Shown here: positions 31,701-43,300 of the stretch, in pieces
How positions within the stretch are numbered: position 1 is the stretch's first letter
Layout of the letters: each line of letters starts with the position of its first letter
Notes under the pieces: generated by a model
The model's input: the letters and a program-made list of their open reading frames with translations, nothing else
What the model was told of the DNA's origin: nothing
The model's database searches: none
DNA from: Eledone cirrhosa
Taxonomy: Eukaryota
DNA length: 64,000 nt
Assembly (NCBI GenBank): GCA_964016885.1
Contig: OZ024751.1
Coordinates: 30,876,001-30,940,000, forward strand
Direction: 5' to 3'
Translations under genes and position numbers: made by a program

Positions 31701-34700
31701 AAATGAGATTTTATGGCCTGTATGAAAAAATTACACAATGTAAAGAGATACAAGAACAAAGGCAAAACACACCTAGTACAGAGCTACAAATTTTAAATAC
31801 AAAATGCACACTTTATCTACTTTGTCAACATTGTACTTTTATTTCATTTAATGTTACTACAGTGCTTCCTTTTCCTCTCTCCCACCTTCACTGACTACAC
31901 CAAAAGTCTTTGCATGTCTTTCTTTACATGGTGAGATTCCCACTATTTCATCCCTGAACTTCAGTTATGACATCAAACAATTCCTTAACTCTAACAAAAA
32001 GATATAACTTTAGAGTTTCATCATTAACTATGCCCTCTGTCATCTACCAGCTTTCAGCTTTACAATAAAGACAATAATCCCTAAATTCTTCACAGGCTAA
32101 CTTTGAAGTTGAGTATTTCAAGATACAGGCTTGCCCCTTCTTCTACATCAAACCAATTTTTAAAAAAGGGGTCTTGTAGAAAGTTCCTTTTTTGACATTA
32201 TAACAAAATAAATAATGCACAAAAAAAATAAGAAAGCATCAAAGAGGAACTGAATATATCTTCATAAGATGACAAGACTTACCATAAATTCTGTCACAGA
32301 TCGAATGAAAAGAACTCGATCTTGCTGGGTATCAATGTCTGAGTGGATAGAAGCAGTCGGTTCAAATCTTAAATAAATAAACAATAATTTAAAAGTTGAT
32401 GATGACATCAGTGATGTGATTGTTTAGCTCTCAGTTAAACTTGATTGAGCAATCCAGTCCCACACTGTAAATGTGATTGGTGTTAGGAAGGGCTTCCAGT
32501 TGTAAAATCACCGGCCAAATTTACAGTCTCTCAACAAGGACGACTCGTTTAACCCATGCAAGCATGGAAAATCGATGCTAAATGGTAGTGATGATGATAT
32601 ATATATATAAATTAAGTGGTTGTTTGGGTGTCACAATAAAAAGTCTGTCCATGCTCTAAATGTGGTTGGCATTAAGAAGGGCATCCAGCTGTAGAAACTA
32701 AACCAGAATCAGTTCTATATGAGCAAGACTTGGTCACAATGGAACAACTCATCTAACCCATGCTAGCATGGAAAAATGAACATTAAACGATAATGGCAAT
32801 GATATACACATGTGTGTATGAAAAATCACAACAGACAATGAAGTACAATAAAGACATATATTAGTTTCCTGCCTAATATAGTAGGAAAGGTCTTAAGTTT
32901 CAGACACTGGTCCTTCATCAGAAAATAGAATGAGAAATTAAAGAAGTATTATAAAGATAGAGGGGGATGAGCAGAGGCAAGTCAGTTCATTTATCCATCA
33001 TTTAACCCTTTAGCATTTAAACCGGCCATATCTGGCCAGAATTTTCTCACCTCTTGCTGTTCAAATTGGCTATAACTGGCCACTCATACTGATGTTAAGG
33101 TATTGTTCTCAAACTAAATAACATCAAAATCTCATAGATTCGATATTATGTGAGATAATTATGTGAAATAAAGCCTTTACTGCAAAAATACTAGAGTAAA
33201 TACAGAGTAATGCGCATGCTAAAGAGTTAATCCTTTAGCATTTATATTACTCTATATTTACTACTGTATTTTCGTAGTAAACATTTTATCTCACATAATA
33301 TTGAATCTATGAGATTTTGATATGATTTATTTTGAGAACAATACCTTAACATAAGTATGAGCAGCCAGTTATGGCCAGTTTGAACAGAAAGAGGTGAGAG
33401 AATTCTGGCCAGATACGGCCGGTTTAAATGCTAAAGGGTTAATGTCCGTTGGTAGATTTGTTGTCGGAATGTTGTACAAAATGGCTTTTAGTATTCTGAT
33501 TCTCTACGTTCTAAGCCAGAATTAGAATGAAAATCTGGAAGTTATATTAAGTTCCAAAGATCAATTGTAACAATCTACCTCTTTACCAGCCACAATAATA
33601 TCTCAGCAACCAGTGGAAAATTTGGTTTCCGGAAGTTTTCCATTGAAATAAGTCGTGGATAACTTAAAGCTCTCATCATTTCAGTGAAATCTAGAAAATA
33701 TAATAAAATGGATAGTTTGAATGGAAATACTTTATAAATTCATCAGTAGAAAGTTACTTAAAAAATTATATATATATATATATTGAAAGGATAACAAGGA
33801 CAATTGGTTACTCCTTCATTACATTTATTGGTAGGTGACGCGCGTTTCGCCACTGATCAGCTCAAGGTTCGATCTGTATCGATCTTACCCGACTCAATAA
33901 TCGGCAGCTCAACGGAACGGACCTTGCCGATTATTGAGTCGGGTAAGATCGATACAGATCGAACCATGAGCTGATCAGTGGCGAAACGCGCGTCACCTAC
34001 CAATAAATGTAATGAAGGAATAACCAATCGTCCTTGTTATCCTTTCAATATATTACACTCTGTATAGCTCTACACCTCAACACAGAAGTGAACCTAAACA
34101 TCGAGTGCTCACCCAGGTGAACCTGCAGTAACTCCAACTTACACTCCTTAGATATAGATATATATATAGATATATATATATATAATGTAGTTGTCCCCCA
34201 GTATTCGTGGGGGTTACGTTTAAAGAGCACAAGCGAAGAGTGAAAAACCGTGAATATTGGATGAGGTCCATAAAATGCCTATAAACATAAAAACATAACG
34301 TAAAATATAGGCTGGCAAATACAGTATATTGTTATTAATAATTTAGCATTAAAAAGCATGAAAATATATATATTGCCATGAAAAAAGCCATTAAGAAATC
34401 ATGGAAGATATTTATAATTCCACAAATAATCATTAGTTAGGTTACTAAGCAAAATTCTGTGAATGCCAGGGGTACACTGTATGTATGTATGTATATATAT
34501 ATATATATATATATAGATAGATAGATAGATAGATATATATGTGTGTGTAGATATATATATATACATATGAATGTGTGTATACATTTTTTTCAACTCGAGT
34601 TGAAAATAAGTTAGGTGAAATACATGTCATTAAAGATGTTGTGGAATTAACTTTATACCGAACTCGTCCAATCCTCTACTTACTACAGATATAACCCCCC

Positions 34701-35425
34701 AGTGTTCTACCACTACATATATATATTATTATTATCATTATAAAAATGATTTTTTTTACGAATGAAAGAGTTCTAGTTCTGTAGAAGTCATTTCTATAAT
34801 AAAATAAATATGCCTAAACTCTATTGAAATATTGAGGAGCTTTTTAACTGTGGTCACCTCCAGGTACACATCAGGAATCCACCTATTATATATATGTAGT
34901 GAAATCTCTTTGCACATAGACTCCCGAATGACATCTGGTTGCTATTTCTCTTTATCTTGGGTTGGCGTCAGTGGTCTGGAGAGGCTGGCTAACTTGAGGT
35001 TAAAAGTTTTTCTTGGGGTCATTCCACTCTGTTCCTCAGAAGAGAAGAATCACTTGGAGTTGCTCAAGCAAGTAGTGAGATGTAGCGCTTAGCAAAAAAA
35101 AACACTCTGGCCCTCTCAACAAGGGCCCAACAGCAAGTCTTCCATTGGCACTTCAACCATACTCAGTCATTTGCCTCTTCATATAGACAACAGTTTCCTT
35201 GCCACTGTGAGCTTACTATTACTTATATTGATACGTACTATTTGACGCAGGAGCCTTATTGAACACTATATTCATTTGCGAATTCTATAATCAAACTTTA
35301 TATTTATGATTCAAAGTAATCATATTTTTTTCCCTTTTTGCTAAAGTGAAGTAAAATGTTATATCTAGCCAGAATAATTGGTATTTGTTGTGTTTATCAT
35401 CCTCTTCCACAACCAAAAAGTTCGC

Positions 35426-35486
<61 letters not shown>

Positions 35487-36347
35487 ATATACACAACTTT
35501 ATATTATATCATATAACTATGTGTGTTATTGTTGGACCCCCTTCGTTTCCAGTTGATCCAGTCAATGGAACTGCCTGCTAGTAAAATTAACCTGTAAGTA
35601 GCTGGGTATTCCACGGTCAGGTGCATCTTTAACATAGTTCTCAGGGGAATCAACTAAAGTGACATGAGGCATCGTGAAATAAAGACTAGGGAAACAATCT
35701 CTGGGCCGGTTTTAAGAGCAACGCCAACCGACAGAAGACCCAGGGGTAGTCAACGAGCAAGATGGTTGGATAACAGCCGTAGGCTTAGTTGTTCTCAAAG
35801 GAGAGCCACCAAGATTATTTGGAGGCGGTTGCTTCTGACAGAAGTCGTGTCTGAGGATCCCCCACTCCCGCGATTCTTTCAAGATCATCTGCAATAGTTT
35901 ACCATAAATTAAAATAGAATGTATTTAATGGAGAAATGGTCTTATACATCTTGAATAAATTTATTCCACATATATAGAGTAATAAAAAAAAAAGTAAAAA
36001 GTGGGACGGAGACCTGCACACTCAATAAACTAATTTACAAAATATTGACATTAATTGGACGTTCTAAAAACATCAAACATATACAATAATAAATGTAATC
36101 ATTCCTTTAGGTTAGTGGAGCGAAAGATGGCTTTATTTCTTCTGTATCAAAATTAGTTTTAAAAGTTGGTCGATTTAGCTATGAATTTTTGCCTAGCAAC
36201 AAAATAATTACACAGAATTTGTACATGTAACAATAATGTGTCAACGCAATGTGGAAAAAACATATTCAATGACAATTTCTTTTTTTTTTTAATGAATATT
36301 ACTTATATCTGAAAAAAAAACTTACTTCGAAGGTCACGGTAAGACAT
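22254..36347 (-). CDS. CLUAP1: Clusterin-associated protein 1 / IFT38 (about 434 aa)
   Basis: Minus-strand exons 36347-36326, 33690-33579, 32367-32283, 31717-31535, 31425-31330, 29732-29649, 27323-27190, 25853-25712, 24409-24298, 24002-23916, 22849-22776, 22427-22254. They total 1305 nt with consistent phases. Translation [48 protein letters not shown]...[21 protein letters not shown]...[15 protein letters not shown]...acidic tail ending DDSDNDF*. Confidence 0.95.
28509..28722 (+). mobile_element. Short Penelope-like terminus (35-bp inverted arms plus tail) in (TA)n
   Basis: Arms 28509-28543 and 28549-28583, then a tail with ATTGAGTTCT and hairpin CTACCA-TTGAT-TGGTAG, then a long (TA)n. Confidence 0.55.
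28789..29394 (-). mobile_element. Penelope-like retroelement ORF fragment: end of RT/thumb region, Cys linker and GIY-YIG endonuclease
   Basis: Open frame [33 protein letters not shown]...[26 protein letters not shown]...[21 protein letters not shown]...LANHV...[12 protein letters not shown]...LNSR shows VVY/YVG, the catalytic R, E and LN. It is embedded between (TA)n tracts. Confidence 0.88.
33002..33442. mobile_element. Two inverted copies of a TTAA-flanked MITE of about 220 bp (piggyBac-type non-autonomous element)
   Basis: TTAA|CCCTTTAGCATT...AATGCTAAAGGG|TTAA termini; the two copies share the TTAA at 33227-33230. Other copies at about 20122-20326, 24483-25065 (SINE-interrupted), 25897-26123, 29776-30002, 44205-44406, 55657-55844, 56081-56303, plus fragments near 2935, 11980 and 61137. 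Confidence 0.8.
33778..34150 (+). mobile_element. Penelope-like element terminus with 129-bp inverted arms and a hammerhead-like motif
   Basis: Arms 33778-33906 and 33925-34053 with an 18-nt spacer; CTGATCA-GTGGC-GAAAC-GCGC-GTC at 33971-33994; tail 34054-34150; TA-rich flanks. Confidence 0.75.
34188..34479. mobile_element. Second, CpG-decayed copy of the Tigger/pogo-like MITE
   Basis: Colinear with 7389-7717; ends GAATGCCAGGGGTACACTG|TA. Confidence 0.7.
36188..36200. promoter_or_regulatory. RFX X-box-like motif in CLUAP1 intron 1
   Basis: TTTGCCTAGCAAC is one mismatch from GTTGCCTAGCAAC. A half-site TAGCAAC lies at about 36396, upstream of the ATG. Ciliary IFT genes are classic RFX targets. 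Confidence 0.5.
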
Positions 36348-37361
36348 TTTAGTGAAATTTCGATAAAAACTACAGAAAATGTTAAGTGTTTAAGATAGCA
36401 ACGCCATATTTTACATCATCAAGGGAGATAATCGGTAACTAGGAAGTTATCCTCCTTCTTAAAATAACAGAATCACTATCGATTTTGAAATATTTTCAAT
36501 ATTCAGTCTTTTCAGGGTGGTGGATTGGCAGAATTCGTAGAATGTCGGATAAAATGCCATTATGGTATTTGTTCTAGCTTTTACATTCTGAGTTCAAAAT
36601 TCCACCAAGATCAACTTTGCTTTTCATTCTTTTGGGGGTCGATTAAATAAAATACCAGTCAAATACTGGAATTTTAGTTAATCAACTTTGCAATTCCCTC
36701 AAAACGTTTCTGTCCTTGTGCCTAAATTAGAAATCAGACTAATTTCTGTCTGTCTCTCTTTGTTTCTTCCCCCTCCCCCCGTCGTCTCTTTTTCAGGATC
36801 GAAAAATAATTGTTTCTACTTTTGGCACAAGGACAGCAATTATTCAGTGCATTACTGGTACTTTATTTTATCGACCCCGTAAGGATGAAAGGCAAAGTTA
36901 ACCTCGGCGAGATTTGAACTCAGAACGCAAAGGGCCATAACTCAGGATCGAAAAATAATGTTTATAAACAAAGGACTATAGAAGTGATTGCTATAAATAT
37001 ACCTCGTTAAAGACTTGTAGATTTGTGTTACTAACACATTATTATAAAGTTCTTATAAAATTATTTGAAGATATAGGAACGTTGAAAACAAAGGAAATAA
37101 TAATGGTTTCGGATTTAGGCACAAGGCCAACATTTTTTGTGAAGGGGGAAAGTCTATTAAATCGATCTTTGTGTGTTACTGGTACTTTATTAATAATAGA
37201 AATTTATACCTTATAAATTAGCAATTTTTTAAATATTGAATATTTCAATTAATGATTTTAATATTATTTATTATATTTGATGCGATGTCGGATGTTAATC
37301 TGCGTATAAAAAGAACAACACCAAAATTGTTGCATGTTATTAAAAAGTAAATTTAGATAAA

Positions 37362-37390
37362 ACCGGAAGTTGATGTTAATAACATGGCGA
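37362..37390 (+). promoter_or_regulatory. ETS/GABP (CCGGAAGT) and YY1-like (ACATGGCG) motifs at the UBL7 start; divergent promoter region shared with CLUAP1
   Basis: CCGGAAGT at 37362-37369. AACATGGCG overlaps the ATG at 37384. The CLUAP1 ATG is about 1.04 kb away on the opposite strand. Confidence 0.45.
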
Positions 37391-40300
37391 CCATCAACGT
37401 GCGATGTCTGTTTGATCAGAATCGGTTTCAATTAGATTCTATAGATCTTAATTCTCTGGTCAATGAATTTATTAATCGAATTTCGGAAAATGTTACACTA
37501 ACAGATAAAGAAATTGGTATGATTGTTATTTTAGTTTTATAGATATATTGAACTGATTTGTTTTTTTGTAAATAAAACTTTGTTGTCTTTTTACTTGTTT
37601 CTGTTTAACGAAGCTATTTGTTCACAGAATACCGAATTAAATTAAGTAGCGTAGAAACCAAACTAAGTAAAGAATTAGCCACGTTTCAGCTATTTTATTA
37701 ATTTGTAGTTGACTCTGTTTATTTCAACCGCTGAAACATACGAATCTTACGAAAACATTACATTTTTATTTAATAATTTTCTATGTACGAAAGCTACGGA
37801 TTACTGATATATGAAATTAATCTTAGCAGTCGAACTTAGAAAATAATTTTAGTCTAAATTATGGAAAATAAATCTTAGTATTCCATATAAGAAACTATAA
37901 CTATAAAACTGTTACGAAAATGTATCTGAAATATCTAGATGTGTGTTTAATTATCTGTGCATGTTTAGCTTTTATGTCTAAAACTTTTCAGACTGGCCAC
38001 TGAAATATTTTGAAGCAATTTATTTTTAAAATCTCTTGTTTTGGGGGTCTTTTTTATCATTCATTTAATGTTCATTTACACCGACATTTGTTTTGTTGTT
38101 CTTTTACTAGCTCTGTCTCGTTGCTGAAGACTACGTCTTTGGTTTTCGTTGAAATAGATACCTGTTGACAGCAATAATGCCTTTTTTTTCTTAATCTATT
38201 AGCGTATTCCAGTCATGTTGATACAGTTTATGTAATGAATAAGACATTGCAATTATAAAATAAAAAGGGAGAAGACATGTACACAGCAAGGGGCGTTGGA
38301 GTTACCCTCTAATAATGTTTGAGACAAGCAAGTACACTCACAAGCTATTTTTTCAGTAAAGCTGGAGTTTCTGTCAGCCTTAAACTTTGTGGAACTCAAA
38401 TTTGCATTCAGTCCGTGCAAGGATTCTGTGCCTTTCCTATCGAGGGTGCACTAAATCGTGGGGTAGTTTGCCTTTCGTCCTTTTCGAGTTGAGAAAATAT
38501 TTGAGTATTACACAAATATTATTCGGTTTTCCTCCAAACATCGATGTTTAGCTACAGAAATGCCAACGAAGGAATTATATAATCAAGAATAACATGTAAG
38601 AATGTGAGAGTAAAAGTCTAATAAATCAGTAACACACACATGTACACCAGGTCCGAACACAGAGGAACCAAACTCCCACTGTCACCACCTCCGTCTCTCC
38701 TGCTTTTCCCATCTCTCAGTATTATGAGCAAATGGGGGCCCTGGGGGACAGAATAGAGAAGGTGTTTCCCCAGAGGATGGTGAGGGAGGTGCACTTCAGA
38801 AATTATGTATTAATCTCTTTTTTTTATTTCATTTTTCTTCTACAGAGTTAATTTACTGTGGCAATTGTTTACAAAGAACAAAGACTTTGGAATCATATGG
38901 TGTAAAGAATGGCTCTATGGTTTACGCTGTGAAAAAGAACTCGAAAGAAACTGTAGATTCTGGTAAGTATGAATATATATATTTCTACATATATATATAT
39001 ATATATATATATCTTCATATATATATATATATGAATATAAAGCAGGTGTGGAGGAGGTTAGAATGTCTCAGGAAAGAATCACTGGACAGATTTTACAGGC
39101 AAAACCAATCAGCAAGATTCCCTGGGCTAGACCCCAAGCAAGATGGTTGGTCGCATTTGGGGATCCAGCCAGATCAGTTGTAGACGGTTCCTTCTGACAG
39201 AACCTGCTGGAAGGAGTGTTTGAGGAGTCTGCCCCCACAAGCCTCTCAGGAAATAGTGGGTGAAGAAGAAGATATATAAATATTATACACAAAATGGTTA
39301 GTGTCAAGAAGGACATCACTGCCCCAATGATATGACATAATCTCTGAAGCTAAACATCAATTCTTGGAGGTAAACTGAATATTTGTAGCCAGAGTATGAT
39401 GAAATCATGAAGGAAAACAATGAGGTTGGATTTGGAATTTATAATCTGTTAAATCTGATATATTAACTTATTGATTTATATATTATTATATCATTATTAT
39501 CATGAGAAGGTGGTTGGCCGACATGTCAGTTTGTCGAACAAAATGTTTTGCAATATTTAGTTACATCACTTTACATTATCCAGAATTTAAATCCCATCAA
39601 GGCCAACTTTGCCTTTTATTCTGGTGTGGATAAAATAAAGTACCAGTTACTAACTGGTACTATAATTGACTTTCCTCTCCCCACAAATTATTGGCCTTGT
39701 GCCTGAATTAGAAATCATTATTATGGATTGGCAGTATCAATAGAGGGTCGGACGCATGCTTTCCAGCATAGTTACGTCCCTTTACGATCTGAGTTCAAAT
39801 CCCACCGAGGTTGACTTTGCCTTTCATCCTTACGGAGTCGATAAAATAAAGTACCAGTCACGCACTGGGGTCAATTTCATCGACGTTTCCCTCCTCCCAA
39901 AATTGCTGGCCTTGTGCCTATATAAGAAACCATTATTATTATTATAATCAGTTATATATTTATATTTTTATATTTGTTTGTTACTTTTAGGAAAACCAAA
40001 TGAAACAGATATTGCCAAAGTGTTAACTGCTTTCAGAATGGCTATTTTTAATCCTTCTTATAAGACAATAGTAAGTAATTTATCTTCAAAATTTATGTAT
40101 AAACATCATGTAACAGTATAAAACCTCATTTCTTGTTATTATGGCTGTATAGCTTTTAAAGGGTTTCCAGCAGGTATTAAACTGAAATAACAGAATATGA
40201 TGATGGGTTCGATTCTGACATCCTGTCCAGTGGGGGAGTCTTGTATTCTTAGTTGCTTAATGAAAAGGAAACTGGGTTTGATTCCTGGACTGGGTTGTGG

Positions 40301-43300
40301 TTTGTGTTCTTGAGCAAAACACTTCATTTCACATTGCTCTAGTATACTCAGCTGTAACTGGGGGTTTAATCCTGTGATGGACTGACATCCCGTCACGGGA
40401 GAATTCTTGACCTCCCAATCACTTAACACCAAGGAAACTGGGATAAGCACTGGCCTGATGAGCTTTAGACATATTTGAAAGAGAATGTAATTCCTATAAT
40501 AGTCTTTCTAGAAAGTTCTATCTAATATGTGTTGTAATTTATAACATGGTTTCATTTACAGGTTGAAAATATGTTGATGGACTCTGATGCTGTTGAAAAC
40601 CTGATTCTCACTACACCTGGTCTTGCCAATGATATAACAGTCTTAAGTTAGTTATTTAGTTTTTCTTAATTTATTTCTTCTCTTAAATCATCATCTTCAC
40701 TACTGTCATTTTACATCCACTTTCCCATGCTGGCATGGGTTGGATAGGTTGTCACTGTTTGACTCGGTTATAATTCAGTGAAGTTGGGTGGCTTTGTGAT
40801 TAGAGAATTGGATTCGCAATCGTGAGGTTGCAAGTTCGATTCCCAGACTTGGTGATGCATTATGTCCTTTCACATTGCAACTGGTACATAGCATCAGCAA
40901 TTGGAAAAATCAATGGTAACATTGTTTCCTTGGTTCGATTTGATGAGTTCCACCTCACTCAATAAGCAAATGAGGGTTGGGATCTTGTCGATTGATTTCC
41001 TATAATTCAGTGTTTACTGCCTTTCTGGATGGATTAGGGACCATATCTTACTCATATTTTCCATTTTTGTTGTGGTTTCTATGACTGGATACTTTTCCTG
41101 ACACTAACCACTTTACAGACTGTACTGTGTGATCATTTATCATGTAGATCACCAACACTAGAGACACTCTCTTAACAATTCCACAACCCTAACCCAGGAC
41201 TGTTTCTCTATTTTATCAACCTTGAACGATAAAAGAAAAAGTTGACCCTCACAGGAATTGAACTTAGAGTACAGTGTTCCTACATTTGGCACAAGGTCAG
41301 CAATTTAAAGGGAAGGGGAAAAGTTGTTTAAAATGTCCCCAGTGCATTACTGGTAAGGATGAAAGGCAAAACTAACTCTGGTGGGAGTTGAACTCACAAT
41401 ATAAAGGACTATCTAAATGCTACAATGCACTAACAAACTGCCGTCCTGGGTTTTGTTCCCTACTCTAATGATTTTACCAATTAGACAATTTACATAAACT
41501 AGATTACAGACCTCCAATCTGTCGGGGATGGGGGTCAGTAGCCACGTTTCAGTACTGAACTGGTCTATGTAGGCTTGTCCGGCCTTTGCTAGCAGGAAAA
41601 CAACAATGATGTTCATCATCATTAAGAACTGGATAATTGAATAATTTCTTTCCTTTTTCTTTCTTCTCCTTATCCTTTAGTAATGTTCCAGGATTTGAAA
41701 CTGTTACTACAGCTACACAAAACTAAACAAATTCGACAGTAAGTTGTTAACTTTTCGTTTTTATTCTATTCCAAGAAGACATATTTATGTTCAGTGCCAC
41801 TGTTCTAGAGAGGAGGGACTGGGCATAGTGGTTAGTGTGGGACCTGAGAATTCTTTACAATATGGATGACAAGAGATGTCGAGATGAGTGTGTAACTGAA
41901 CCTGGTATGAGACCAGTAAGGTTTGAGGTACTATTGTAAATAGTGAGTAAAGGTGACATTGGACCAGTAAGATGCCATTGTGGTAGTGAGTGAAGCTGGT
42001 ATGAGATTAATAAGGTCTGAGGAGCAGAGGCTATTGTTAAAACTGTAGAAAAAAATTGAGGGTGGAGAGACAGCACATTACTTGTTCCAAAATATATGAC
42101 TACTGTGTTTTCTGTTTTTCTTCCTATCTCACATTGAAATGTTAATTAAATGGTTATTTTTACTTCAATTTTCAGAATAATAGACGAGCATCCTGCATTT
42201 TACCATGTTGCCCAGTTGATAGCTGCCACTGTCAACGAACAAGGAGTTAAAGCTGGGGAGAGTTTGTTATCTTCAGGTGAGGCGAGGAGGTCTTCTCAGG
42301 GTCAGGGAATTTGTTTAACCCTTTCACTACCATGTTATTAAGAATTTCTAATCTAGGCACAAGACGGGGGATTGGCAGAGTCGATAGAATGCTTTGCACT
42401 ATTCGTTCCGGCTCTCTGCTCCCTGAGTTCAAATCTCGCCAAAGTCTACTTTGCCTTTCATCCATTTGCGGTCGGTAAAAAAAGTAAGTCAAATACTTGG
42501 GTCGATTCTTCCTCTATATTTCTTTTTCTCTTTCTTTATCTCACTCTCTATTCTTCTCTAGAGGAAATTTGCTGTATTCAGGCCTGGCGAGGAGATGAGC
42601 TCTGCCAGGTTTTAAAAAAATGTCCTAAAAATGCGATATGTCAGTACTGCACCCCTACGACTCCCTCAGAAGTTACAGCACCATACATACATATAATCTA
42701 TTTGTGTGAAGGGGAAAAATCGATTATATTGACACCCAGTATTTGACAATTACTTTGTTTTATCATCCCTGCAAGGATAAATGGCAAAGTTGACCTCAGC
42801 AGGATTTGAACTCGGAATGTACAAGGTCGTAACTAAATTCTGCAAAGCAGTTTGTCTGACTCTCTACCGATTCTGCCAATCCACTGCCTTTTGACCATAT
42901 TATTAATGAAATTATTTGCATTAATGAAGAATTTTGAGGGATTTAACTAAAATTATGTTATGGTATTTGGGCTTAAAAGTTGTACCCGTTCCCTCGTTCC
43001 AAATTTCAAAATTAATATTTAAGAGAAAACTCTGAATGTACTAAATAAGGACACAAAGTTTCAAAACTCAGAAATATCGATCTAATATTATTAAAATAAT
43101 TTTACCTTAAATAAAGCAGTCTTGAACTTTCTGAGAATCTCTATTTATATTGTTATAATTGTATATATATATGTATGTGTATGTGTATATATATATATAG
43201 AGAGAGAGAGAGAGGGTTGTATAGTTGTGCTCTTAAAACACCAGTTATATTTTTAGGCAAATGAATATATTGAATTCCTATATTTATACTGTTATAGTTG

